Origin: Frisingicoccus sp.
GTDB lineage: Bacteria; Bacillota; Clostridia; Lachnospirales; Lachnospiraceae
Assembly: GCF_047030795.1 (NCBI RefSeq)
Contig: NZ_JBKYIC010000001.1
DNA: 64,000 nucleotides
Strand: one strand, 5' to 3'
Shown: piece by piece, positions 20,081-29,334 of the stretch
How positions within the stretch are numbered: position 1 is the first letter of the stretch
How the letters are laid out: every line of letters begins with the position of its first letter
The notes under the pieces: model-generated
The model's database searches: none
What the model saw: the letters and a program-made list of their open reading frames with translations, nothing else
What the model was told of the DNA's origin: nothing
Translations under genes and position numbers: made by a program

Positions 20081-21046
20081 CTATCTTTTTTCACAACGAT
20101 ATTTTACAGGCGTCATTCCATAAATTTTCTTGAAATACTTTATATAGGCGCTGACGGAATGAAATCCGACATTCATGGCAATCTCTGTGACCGTATCGTC
20201 GGAATTTCTCAGCATCACCGCACTCCTGTCCAGACGATACCGCATCAGATATTTATAAGGCGAACACTGGACATAGGTCCGAAAACACCGCTGACATTCC
20301 GTGGCGCTGATATTGGCGGCTCCTGCAATATCTTTCAGAGAAATATCTTTTCCATAATTCTCATGAACAAAAGAAAGCAATGTTCGAATCCGTTTATGAC
20401 TTCGCACATTTTCGCAGCACCCAGGCGTCATATTTTTCAATCCATCCGTCCATTCTTCCGGCACTTCTCCTTCCTTTTCAGAGATATTCGAAAACTGTTC
20501 AAGAAATGCCAGCCAGACCTTTACCAATTGTATAGATATCCGATACTCCAGATAGTCTGCATGTGCAGATTTGTTAAAATATATCCGGTCCAGTTCCCGA
20601 ACTGCTTCCAGTACATCTGTGCATCTTTCATCCTCTTCCCGCATTGCAAAATGGGTAAAAAAAGGATGATTGACCACTGTCCCTACATTCCTCTCTTCCA
20701 TAATACTTCCCGGAAAAAATGAAAGCATTCTCAGCGGAATAATATAGCTGTGATATTGGCAGTCTTCCTTTTCCATAATCTGATGCAGCGCTGCCCGATT
20801 AATAAACATACAGTCGCCTGCTCTCAAATCCACTTCCTCATCATAAATACGAAAATGGACGATTCCCTGTAAAATATAGACGAACTGTACCTCTTCATGC
20901 CAGTGAAATACCCGAAAGCCTTCATTGTAAGGCCTGCATACCTGCCGTTTCACATCCAGAACAAGAAGCGGAAACCGGGTGGCATCATAGGGGTTATGGG
21001 AATAAACAGGTATTACATCTTTCTCGCTGTCTTTTTCAACAAACAT
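20081..21046 (-). CDS. AraC-family transcriptional regulator (cupin + HTH)
   Basis: 321 aa with an N-terminal cupin-like sensing domain and a C-terminal AraC-type HTH. Confidence 0.8.
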   Translation of the reverse strand: MFVEKDSEKDVIPVYSHNPYDATRFPLLVLDVKRQVCRPYNEGFRVFHWHEEVQFVYILQGIVHFRIYDEEVDLRAGDCMFINRAALHQIMEKEDCQYHSYIIPLRMLSFFPGSIMEERNVGTVVNHPFFTHFAMREEDERCTDVLEAVRELDRIYFNKSAHADYLEYRISIQLVKVWLAFLEQFSNISEKEGEVPEEWTDGLKNMTPGCCENVRSHKRIRTLLSFVHENYGKDISLKDIAGAANISATECQRCFRTYVQCSPYKYLMRYRLDRSAVMLRNSDDTVTEIAMNVGFHSVSAYIKYFKKIYGMTPVKYRCEKR

Positions 21047-21167
21047 CCCGATACACCTTTCCCTTATATTTGGTTATTTATTTATAAATTATAGGTAAAA
21101 ATCGACTATTATTCAAGGACTTTGTGTCATATAATTCTATTTGTTCAAAGCAAAGGAGGAATTCCCG

Positions 21168-21494
21168 ATGATTATTGAAGAAAATCCAATTGAAAAACAG
21201 GCCATGAAAGCTTTTCACACCGGCCGTCGGGAGGAAGGCCTGAAAATTCAGGAAGAATTTGCTTCCAGATTTCGCCTGGAATACGCAGAAAAAGATCACT
21301 GTCCATGTAAAAAGGCCTGCCGCTATCATGGCAACTGCAAAGAATGTGTGGCAATTCACCGGGCCCATGGTGAACATGTGCCGAACTGTATGCGCCCTCT
21401 CATCAATAACAAACTCAAAATTTTGTCGGAATTGACAGAACATACGCTGGCTTATGAAATTGAACCACCAAAAGAAATTCTTTGCAAAAAATAG
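21168..21494 (+). CDS. Small Cys/His-rich hypothetical protein
   Basis: RBS AAGGAGG precedes the ATG at 21168. It contains the cluster CPCKKACRYHGNCKECVAIHRAHGEHVPNC. I recognised no characterised family. Confidence 0.5.
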   Translation: MIIEENPIEKQAMKAFHTGRREEGLKIQEEFASRFRLEYAEKDHCPCKKACRYHGNCKECVAIHRAHGEHVPNCMRPLINNKLKILSELTEHTLAYEIEPPKEILCKK

Positions 21495-21570
21495 AAATGG
21501 GCGTGGTCGCAGCCTTGTAAAAAACAAAACTGCCGGATATCGTCTTGTCCGGCAGTTTACGCTGTAAAAT

Positions 21571-22554
21571 TTATTTTTCTCTATTCTCTTCCCACACCAT
21601 TAATAATTCAATCTCTCCGGTGTTTTCATCTGTCTGCTCATACCCAATCTGAAAACCCTCACGAAGATAAAAATGTAACGCTTTTTCATTCTTTTGATAA
21701 ACATGCAGTGTCAGACGTTTTTTCATCTGTTTTGCATGATTCAAAAGCACCTTGCCAATCCCCTGCGATCGTTTCGCGGCATCCACAAATATTCCCGCAA
21801 TATAATCATCTGTCAGCCCGATAAATCCGGTCACCTGTTGATTCTCTTTGCAGACATAAACCTCTGATGCCGGTATCATCTGACGGACCGCTTTCGCATT
21901 AGACTCCCAATAATCTGCCGAGATAAATTCATGCGCCTGCATATTGGCCTGAAGCCAAATTGCCATCACCTGGTCCAAATCATCCTCAGAAAATTTCTGT
22001 GCCAGCGGCCGAATTACCCGACATGGATTCCCTCCGGCCAGCACATGATCCGGAATATCTCTCGTAACAATACTGCCTCCCGCAATCACCGTGTCATTAC
22101 CAATCGTCACTCCCGGCATTACATGTACGCCTCCGCCAATCCACACATTATCCCCAACGGTAATTGGGCGGGCATATTCCAGACCCTGATTTCTTCGTTC
22201 CGCATCCATCGGATGTCCCGCTGTATAAAATCCACAATCCGGAGCAATAAAAACATTATCTCCAAAGGTAACCTTCGCACAATCCAGAATGACACAATTG
22301 TGATTCATGAAAAAATTTTCTCCAATCTCGATATTATATCCGTAATCGCACCAGAATGGCGACAATACATAAAAGGATTCTTTCGTCTTTCCGAATATTT
22401 CTCGAATTAACTGTGTTTGTTCCTTGATTTGAGACGGACGCAATTGATTAAATTCATAACATAAATCTTTACACTTTAGCCGCTCCTGAATCAAATTCTT
22501 ATCATAATTGGCGTCATAAATCATTCCGGCCAGCATCTTCTCTTTTTCTGTCAT
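21571..22554 (-). CDS. Maltose/galactoside O-acetyltransferase (left-handed beta-helix) fused to a C-terminal GNAT N-acetyltransferase domain
   Basis: The N-terminal ~190 aa match the Maa/LacA family (hexapeptide repeats, the MLAGMIYDANYDKN... N-terminus). The C-terminal ~140 aa have GNAT motifs (QGIGKVLLNHA). The start was set at the ATG with a GAGGA RBS rather than the upstream GTG. Confidence 0.75.
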   Translation of the reverse strand: MTEKEKMLAGMIYDANYDKNLIQERLKCKDLCYEFNQLRPSQIKEQTQLIREIFGKTKESFYVLSPFWCDYGYNIEIGENFFMNHNCVILDCAKVTFGDNVFIAPDCGFYTAGHPMDAERRNQGLEYARPITVGDNVWIGGGVHVMPGVTIGNDTVIAGGSIVTRDIPDHVLAGGNPCRVIRPLAQKFSEDDLDQVMAIWLQANMQAHEFISADYWESNAKAVRQMIPASEVYVCKENQQVTGFIGLTDDYIAGIFVDAAKRSQGIGKVLLNHAKQMKKRLTLHVYQKNEKALHFYLREGFQIGYEQTDENTGEIELLMVWEENREK

Positions 22555-22627
22555 TGGTTCATCCTCTTCCACTCCATACCTGCTATTTCATTTTTATATA
22601 AATGCAACCATGGTCATCTCTCATATA

Positions 22628-23416
22628 TTAAATAAAATATTCCGAATTCATGAAGGGAATCACAAGTTCGCATACCTCATCCTCCGAGTTCAGTCCCCAA
22701 AAGCCTGTGTAAAAGCCATCGCCCAGTCCACTGGCAAACATGGAAAAGCTATGACCTGTTCCGGGAACTTCCCATGTTATAAAATCGCCGCCTTCCCGCT
22801 GTACCTGCGGCCACTCTTGATAGCTTTCCGCAAAAAGTTCTGCAAAATAATCATCATAGAGATTCCCTTCCGGACGCTCCTGATGCCATTTTGATTGGAA
22901 TGTATCATATTCTCCGGCCACGGCTCCATCACAAAAACAGGCGAGACCTGCATCCACGCCAAAACCTGCCAAAATGCCCGGTTCATTTATCTGTTCGATA
23001 GTCGTTCCTTTTGGCATGGCCACTTCATAACGACAGACATCCTCTTCCCGCACTTTTAACCTGGCCGCAGCAATCCGAACTCCGGCAATCGGCGAATGAC
23101 AAACCGCCAGTTCTATCGGATAAGCCCCGACCGGTATTTTACGATTCAGCAAGTGTGTATATCTTTCATTCCCCAGGTATACCAGCGGATCCGCAATCAC
23201 AATCTCCCCACTCGGGAAATCCGTCATTCCTATTCGAATGGTTTCCATTCGGCCCTGATTTTTAAAAAGATTGCGCACCGTTTCTACGTCCAATGCATTT
23301 CTTTTTAAGAATTCTAAATTTCTCTCAAATGCCACCTGAATCGGTGGTTTTGTCTCAACATTTTTCTTCTCTTCTGTTGCGGAAACTTTATTTTTCTTCT
23401 TTAAAAAACCAAACAT
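22628..23416 (-). CDS. Hypothetical protein (possibly DUF4241-like)
   Basis: 262-aa ORF with coding-like composition and no motif I can assign confidently. Confidence 0.5.
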   Translation of the reverse strand: MFGFLKKKNKVSATEEKKNVETKPPIQVAFERNLEFLKRNALDVETVRNLFKNQGRMETIRIGMTDFPSGEIVIADPLVYLGNERYTHLLNRKIPVGAYPIELAVCHSPIAGVRIAAARLKVREEDVCRYEVAMPKGTTIEQINEPGILAGFGVDAGLACFCDGAVAGEYDTFQSKWHQERPEGNLYDDYFAELFAESYQEWPQVQREGGDFITWEVPGTGHSFSMFASGLGDGFYTGFWGLNSEDEVCELVIPFMNSEYFI

Positions 23417-23417
23417 A

Positions 23418-23885
23418 TCACATCAACGCCTCCACCTGTGACAAAGGCAACTGGGTCTTTTTTGCCGTCTGCTCCGCCGTCATCCCCTGTCTTAAAAATC
23501 TCCGTGCAACATATTCCATTTCTTCCCCGACTTCAATGATATGTCTGTCCGGATCATAAAGCCGAATCACCCGCTGACCCCAATCATGCTCCTTACAGCG
23601 ATTCACATATTCTATGTCAAATGTACTGTCATCCAGTTTTTTCAAAAATGCATCAATGTCATTTTCCTCGAAATAAAGTTCCGCATCATTGCCGCCTTCA
23701 ATAGCTTTTTTCTCAATAAATGTCTCCCAGAGATTCTTTTCCTGAAGAGCAAGTCCTTCGGTGAGCACAACATTCTCTCCGAAATCAGCCACTACTTCCA
23801 GGCCAAACAACTCTTTATAAAATCTTTTTGATTTTTCAATGTCCTTTACAACGATCAATATATTTTTTAGACGCATAAATTTCAT
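23418..23885 (-). CDS. VOC (glyoxalase/bleomycin-resistance) family protein
   Basis: 155 aa with the VOC beta-alpha-beta-beta-beta signature (KNILIVVKDIEKSKRFYKELFG). Confidence 0.7.
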   Translation of the reverse strand: MKFMRLKNILIVVKDIEKSKRFYKELFGLEVVADFGENVVLTEGLALQEKNLWETFIEKKAIEGGNDAELYFEENDIDAFLKKLDDSTFDIEYVNRCKEHDWGQRVIRLYDPDRHIIEVGEEMEYVARRFLRQGMTAEQTAKKTQLPLSQVEALM

Positions 23886-23971
23886 TCCTTTCCAGAACTC
23901 TGATTTCGAATCTTATTTACTGCTTCTATTATATCAAAAGATTACTCAAAATGACAGCTATCTCAAAGACA

Positions 23972-24415
23972 TCATTTCCAATGTTTCAATTGTGAAAGAT
24001 AGGAATCAAATTGACTACGCCGCTCTTCATCTTTCAAATTTTCAGGATTAGGCATATTACCAACAAGATAATCGAGTAAACCTTCTTTTGATTTATATGC
24101 AAATTCACCTTCTTCATAACACCATTTACAATAATCCTCATTATAACTGCCATCCTTCTCTCGACTGATTATGCTATCTTCGTTTAAAGGCATCCCACAG
24201 CATTGGCAAATAAGCTGCCGTGGAGAACCAAGAAGCGTATTAATTGACACATTAAATTCCCTCGACAGCAATTTTAATGTTTCAGTATTTGGCTGTGTCT
24301 CTCCATTTTCCCAACGACTAATGGCCTGTCTGGTAACCATCAAACGCTCTGCCATTTGTTCCTGTGTAAGATTATTATTTTCACGCAACTTTTTAAGCAT
24401 CTCTTGCATCTCCAT
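23972..24415 (-). CDS. XRE-family HTH transcriptional regulator with C-terminal zinc-ribbon domain
   Basis: HTH_3 motif (LTQEQMAERLMVTRQAISRWENG) plus a CxxC...C..C C-terminal module, preceded by an RBS (GGAGG). Confidence 0.75.
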   Translation of the reverse strand: MEMQEMLKKLRENNNLTQEQMAERLMVTRQAISRWENGETQPNTETLKLLSREFNVSINTLLGSPRQLICQCCGMPLNEDSIISREKDGSYNEDYCKWCYEEGEFAYKSKEGLLDYLVGNMPNPENLKDEERRSQFDSYLSQLKHWK

Positions 24416-24494
24416 ATCTATTCCTCCTCACATAATATACTGTCATTATGACCTTATACTTCAACTTTAGCAAGCAACCCGCTGTTGCTGTCAA

Positions 24495-24532
24495 TAAAAA
24501 AATGGCGCAGATAATGTCTCCACTACCTGCGC
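24495..24532 (-). terminator. Rho-independent terminator of leuS
   Basis: Hairpin GCGCAGGTAGTGGAGACATTATCTGCGC followed by CATTTTTTT on the minus strand, just after the leuS stop. Confidence 0.7.
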
Positions 24533-24544
24533 TATTTTTCATTA

Positions 24545-26956
24545 TTATTTCTGAACAATATTTACGATCTTGCCCGGCACATAGATTTCTTTCACAATGT
24601 TGCCATTCAGGCGGTCGCCAAGAACTTCTTTGGCTTTGGCAATGACCACATCTTTTGCTTCATCAGCTGAAATGTTGATGACGGCTTTTGTTTTTCCGTT
24701 AATCTGAACCGGAATTTCCACTTCATCATCTTTCATAGCTTCTTCATCAGCAGACGGCCATGTATTCTTAAATACAGATGTCTCATGACCTAACTGCTGC
24801 CACAGTTCCTCAGCTATATGCGGAGCAAATGGAGCCATCAGGATAACGGCTGTTTCCAGTGTTTCCTTATCTACGCCGCCTTTTTTGGTCATTTCCATTA
24901 ACTTATTGTTGTATTCCATAAAGCCGGAAATAACCGTATTTAAACTAAAGGATTCAAGACGACTTGTGATATCATAAACCATCTTGTGGCGGAGTTTCAC
25001 AAGTTCTTTTGTCTCTCTAACGTTCTTATCTTTGTTCTGAAGAACCATGTTCCAGAAACGATTGAGGAAACGATATACACCGTCGATACCCCGGTCGTCC
25101 CATTCGGAATCCAGTTCCGGCGGACCTACAAACAGCTCGTACATTCTCAGAGAATCACAGCCGTAGTCGCGTACCAGATCATCCGGTGAAATAACGTTGC
25201 CTTTGGATTTGCTCATCTTGATACCGTTTTTACCAGTAATCATACCCTGATTGAACAGTTTATGGAACGGCTCATCAAAGTCAATCACACCGATATCATA
25301 GAGGAATTTTGTATAGAAGCGTGAGTAGAGCAAATGCAGTACCGCATGTTCTACACCACCGATATACATATCTACCGGCAGATATTTGTCTGCTTTTTCT
25401 CTGGACACGAGTTCTTCATTATTATGTGAATCCACATAACGAAGGAAATACCAGGAAGAACCAGCCCACTGAGGCATGGTGTTCGTCTCTCTCTTCGCCG
25501 GAGCGCCACACTTCGGACAAGTCGTATTTACCCAGGAGTCAATGGCCGCCAATGGAGACTCACCGGTACCTGTCGGCTGATAGGATTCAACCTCCGGAAG
25601 TAATAATGGAAGTTCTTCTTCCGGTACAGGAACGCAGCCGCACTTCGGACAATGAACGATTGGAATCGGTTCACCCCAGTACCGCTGACGGCTGAATACC
25701 CAGTCACGCAATTTATAATTAACAGTCTTGCGTCCAAAACCTTTTTCTTCGATAATCATCGGAGCTTCTTTTTTCAGAACCGCCGACTCCATACCGTTCC
25801 ACTCGCCAGAATTAATCATCGTTCCTGCGGCTTCGGTATAAGCTTCGGTCATATTTTCAATTTCTTTGCCGTCTTTGGCAATAACCTGAATAATCGAAAT
25901 ATTGAATTTTGTAGCAAATTCAAAGTCACGGTCATCATGGGCAGGTACACACATGATTGCGCCGGTACCATAATCTGCCAATACATAATCAGAAATCCAG
26001 ATTGGTGTCTTTGCACCGTTCAGCGGATTGATCGCATAGCTTCCGGTAAATACGCCGGTCTTTTCTTTATCCTGCAGACGATCCACGTTGGATTTCATGG
26101 AAGCTTCATAAATATATTTATCCACAGCTTCTTTATTCTCCGGTGTTGCCAGAGATGCGGCCAGAGCATGCTCCGGCGCCAGTACCATAAATGTCGCACC
26201 GTAAAGTGTATCCGGACGGGTTGTATAAACTGTAATCTTTTCGTCTCTTCCGTCAACCGGGAAATCTACTTCCGCGCCATAGGATTTTCCAATCCAGTCG
26301 GTCTGCATCTTTTTAACCTTTTCCGGCCAATCCAGCTTATTCAAATCTTCCAGCAGACGATCCGCATATTTTGTAATCCGAAGCATCCACTGTTTTAAGT
26401 TTTTCTTTGTTACAGGGGAACCGCAGCGCTCGCAGTTACCATTGACAACTTCCTCATTTGCCAGACCTGTCTTACAGGAAGGACACCAGTTGATCGGCAT
26501 CTCTTTTTCATAAGCCAGACCTTCTTTGAACATCTTTACAAAAATCCACTGGGTCCATTTATAGAAATCCGGATCGGTTGTATTTACTTCCATATCCCAG
26601 TCATAAATAGCAGCGATTTCATTAATCTGGCGTTTAATATTCGCCACATTCTCTGCGGTGGATTTTGCCGGATGAACACCCATCTTAATGGCATAGTTTT
26701 CAGCCGGAAGGCCAAAAGCATCCCATCCCATCGGATGAATCAGATAGTATCCCTGAAGCATTTTATAACGGCTCCATACATCAGAAATAACATAGCCTCT
26801 CCAATGTCCGACATGCAGACCATTTCCTGATGGATATGGGAACATGTCCAGGCAGTAATATTTCGGTTTCTTGCCATCATTGACGTTTACCGGATTCTTT
26901 TCCCAGTTCTGACGCCATTTTTTCTCAATCTCCTTATGATTATAAGGTGTTGCCAT
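24545..26956 (-). CDS. leuS: Leucine--tRNA ligase
   Basis: 803 aa with the HIGH-type motif (GNGLHVGH), KMSKS and the class-I LeuS editing domain. Confidence 0.95.
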   Translation of the reverse strand: MATPYNHKEIEKKWRQNWEKNPVNVNDGKKPKYYCLDMFPYPSGNGLHVGHWRGYVISDVWSRYKMLQGYYLIHPMGWDAFGLPAENYAIKMGVHPAKSTAENVANIKRQINEIAAIYDWDMEVNTTDPDFYKWTQWIFVKMFKEGLAYEKEMPINWCPSCKTGLANEEVVNGNCERCGSPVTKKNLKQWMLRITKYADRLLEDLNKLDWPEKVKKMQTDWIGKSYGAEVDFPVDGRDEKITVYTTRPDTLYGATFMVLAPEHALAASLATPENKEAVDKYIYEASMKSNVDRLQDKEKTGVFTGSYAINPLNGAKTPIWISDYVLADYGTGAIMCVPAHDDRDFEFATKFNISIIQVIAKDGKEIENMTEAYTEAAGTMINSGEWNGMESAVLKKEAPMIIEEKGFGRKTVNYKLRDWVFSRQRYWGEPIPIVHCPKCGCVPVPEEELPLLLPEVESYQPTGTGESPLAAIDSWVNTTCPKCGAPAKRETNTMPQWAGSSWYFLRYVDSHNNEELVSREKADKYLPVDMYIGGVEHAVLHLLYSRFYTKFLYDIGVIDFDEPFHKLFNQGMITGKNGIKMSKSKGNVISPDDLVRDYGCDSLRMYELFVGPPELDSEWDDRGIDGVYRFLNRFWNMVLQNKDKNVRETKELVKLRHKMVYDITSRLESFSLNTVISGFMEYNNKLMEMTKKGGVDKETLETAVILMAPFAPHIAEELWQQLGHETSVFKNTWPSADEEAMKDDEVEIPVQINGKTKAVINISADEAKDVVIAKAKEVLGDRLNGNIVKEIYVPGKIVNIVQK

Positions 26957-26999
26957 AATTTAAACATCCTCTCTGTATCTCTATTTCGAACTAACCTTT

Positions 27000-27027
27000 A
27001 TTCTATCATATTCCGGCCAAAATTCAA
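27000..27027 (-). promoter_or_regulatory. Sigma-A type promoter for leuS (no T-box leader)
   Basis: Minus strand shows -35 TTGAAT, a 16-nt spacer and -10 TAGAAT, about 44 nt upstream of the leuS ATG. Confidence 0.45.
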
Positions 27028-27042
27028 CGTTTTTGTTTGATT

Positions 27043-28284
27043 TTAAGCATTTTTCATTGCTTTCAAAATCGTACTGATTTTCGGTGTCGTGCCGTAAAGC
27101 AGAACACCAACCCGGTAAATTTTTGCTGAAAGAACACCAATTCCAAAAACGGAAACAATTAAAATAACGATCGAGATGATGATTTCATATACAGGTACCG
27201 TACTCATGGCTATTCGGGTAAACATAGCGATTGGTGATGTAAATGGGATAAATGAACAAACCTTCATTGCTACATTTTCCACAGTTCCGCTGGACATGGA
27301 AATAACCACAATGACAAAGGCGGCAATAAATAAAAATGTCAGCGGCATGACCGATGTGTTAATATCTTCGACTTTGGACGCTGTTGAACCGATAGCTCCA
27401 TACAAAAAGGCATAGATAAAAAATCCCAGGACAAAGAAAATCAACATATAGCCTAAAAGATGGAGGGGCACATTAAATATGGACTTGATCATATAATTAT
27501 CGCCCCAATAGTCCGCATTCATATTATAGAACAGTGCGGAAGCGCCGAAAACCAGAACCAACTGGGTCAGACCGGCCAGACCCGAACCAATGACCTTTCC
27601 AAACATCATGCTTGAAGGTTTCGCGCTGGTAATGAGCACTTCCATCGCTCTGGAACTCTTTTCTGTCGCTACGTTGGTCGCCACCATCTGACCATAAAGC
27701 AAAATAACCATATATAATGCAAAAATCATAATATACGTATAAAAGAAATTCTGCATCTGGTCTTTTCCAAGGCTTTCAACATCGTGTTCTATCTGTACAG
27801 ATAAAATATTTCCCGCCTCCTGAGGTGGGATTCCTCCATCAATCATTGCGTTCATACGATAAACATTCTGAAGGATTTCATCGGCAATGGATGTATTGGC
27901 ATCGTACATTGAAAGGTTGTTCACATAGTAAGTATAAGACACATCTCCAGTAATGATAAAGGCGCACTCGGCTTCACCGGACAATATCTGTTGCTTAATC
28001 GCCTCTGCACCTTCGGTTGTTGCTTTCACATCGTAATCTTCAAAGGCAGCGCCAAAAACCTGTCCTATGATTTCTATTTTCTCCGAATCTTCTGCAGACA
28101 CAAGCATCACGGCACGTTCTCCCGGTTCCGGAGATTCAGACTCATGTTTAAAAAGACCGGACACCCGGGGAAAAAACATTACAGCGCCAATCGCCAGTAC
28201 AAGAAAAATGGTAATACCTGCAAAAATCTTATTTTTAAAATAATGTTGCAGTTCAAACTTCAGTATGATCAAAAATTGTTTCAT
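27043..28284 (-). CDS. ABC-2 family transporter permease (NatB-like)
   Basis: 413 aa with an N-terminal TM helix, a large extracytoplasmic loop and a C-terminal cluster of five TM helices. Confidence 0.75.
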   Translation of the reverse strand: MKQFLIILKFELQHYFKNKIFAGITIFLVLAIGAVMFFPRVSGLFKHESESPEPGERAVMLVSAEDSEKIEIIGQVFGAAFEDYDVKATTEGAEAIKQQILSGEAECAFIITGDVSYTYYVNNLSMYDANTSIADEILQNVYRMNAMIDGGIPPQEAGNILSVQIEHDVESLGKDQMQNFFYTYIMIFALYMVILLYGQMVATNVATEKSSRAMEVLITSAKPSSMMFGKVIGSGLAGLTQLVLVFGASALFYNMNADYWGDNYMIKSIFNVPLHLLGYMLIFFVLGFFIYAFLYGAIGSTASKVEDINTSVMPLTFLFIAAFVIVVISMSSGTVENVAMKVCSFIPFTSPIAMFTRIAMSTVPVYEIIISIVILIVSVFGIGVLSAKIYRVGVLLYGTTPKISTILKAMKNA

Positions 28285-28302
28285 AATTCTATCCTTTCTC
28301 CC

Positions 28303-29190
28303 CTATTTTCCTGCATACTCGACAAAAATATCACTCAAAGAAGGCTCATATACACGGATTTCGTCAACATCATAATTTTCAATAAGCTGACGCATCACCG
28401 GCCGCTTTTCTTCCGGAGATTTTAATCGTATAATAAGTTCCTCCCTGTCATTCTCCACACAGCAGTCTGCAAAATCCTTTTTAATTACCGCATTTTTATC
28501 CGAGCGTACCACCAGGCTGTCCCGTGCATGACTTCTTTTTATTTCATTTAGATTTCCCTGTAAAACAATCTCTCCATTATTCAAAATAGCGATATGGTCA
28601 CAAAACTCTTCAATATAGTTCATCTGATGACTGGAAAATAATACGATCTTCCCTTTGGCGATTTCTTCTTTGACCACATCCTTCAAAAGCATGGCGTTGA
28701 CCGGATCCAGCCCTGAAAAAGGCTCATCCAAAATGACAATCTGTGGATCATGAACCAATGCCGTGATGAGCTGGATTTTCTGCTGATTTCCCTTGGAGAG
28801 CGTGTCCAGCCGCTTATTTCTGTACTCTGCCATTCCAAGATGCTCCAGCCAGTAATCCACAGCCCGCACCGCCTCTTTTTTACTCAGGCCTTTTAACTGG
28901 GCAAAATAAATCAGCTGGTCGATGATTTTCTTCTTCGGATACAGGCCCCTCTCCTCCGGAAGATAGCCGATCTGCACCTTTTCATAATTAATCGGCTGAC
29001 CATCAAGTAAAATTTCTCCGCCATCCGCCGGAAATACATTCATCAATATACGGATTGTCGTCGTTTTTCCGGCGCCATTACGACCAAGCAGGCCAAAGGC
29101 CTTGCCTCCAACGGCCCGAAAAGAAATTCCCTTTAAAACCTTCTTTTCACCAAAATTTTTTTTGATTTCCTGTATAACCAGTTCCATCAT
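28303..29190 (-). CDS. ABC transporter ATP-binding protein (NatA-like)
   Basis: 295 aa with Walker A GRNGAGKTT, signature LSKGNQQK and Walker B ILDEPFSGLD. Confidence 0.9.
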   Translation of the reverse strand: MMELVIQEIKKNFGEKKVLKGISFRAVGGKAFGLLGRNGAGKTTTIRILMNVFPADGGEILLDGQPINYEKVQIGYLPEERGLYPKKKIIDQLIYFAQLKGLSKKEAVRAVDYWLEHLGMAEYRNKRLDTLSKGNQQKIQLITALVHDPQIVILDEPFSGLDPVNAMLLKDVVKEEIAKGKIVLFSSHQMNYIEEFCDHIAILNNGEIVLQGNLNEIKRSHARDSLVVRSDKNAVIKKDFADCCVENDREELIIRLKSPEEKRPVMRQLIENYDVDEIRVYEPSLSDIFVEYAGK

Positions 29191-29293
29191 TTTCTCCTTT
29201 AACAGACTATATTTTTCATTTTTACGATAGCACGATTGGATGGAGATAACAACTTAATTTTTTCTTACTATAAAACCAGCCGCACTAATTATA

Positions 29294-29325
29294 AATAGCC
29301 CCTTGTCAATTAACAAGAGGCTATT
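29294..29325 (-). terminator. Hairpin downstream of the TIR-domain gene (putative terminator of the SPFH-TIR unit)
   Basis: AATAGCCTCTTGTTAATTGACAAGGGGCTATT followed by TATAATT on the minus strand, which gives only a moderate U-run. Confidence 0.4.
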
Positions 29326-29334
29326 CGCTGCTTC

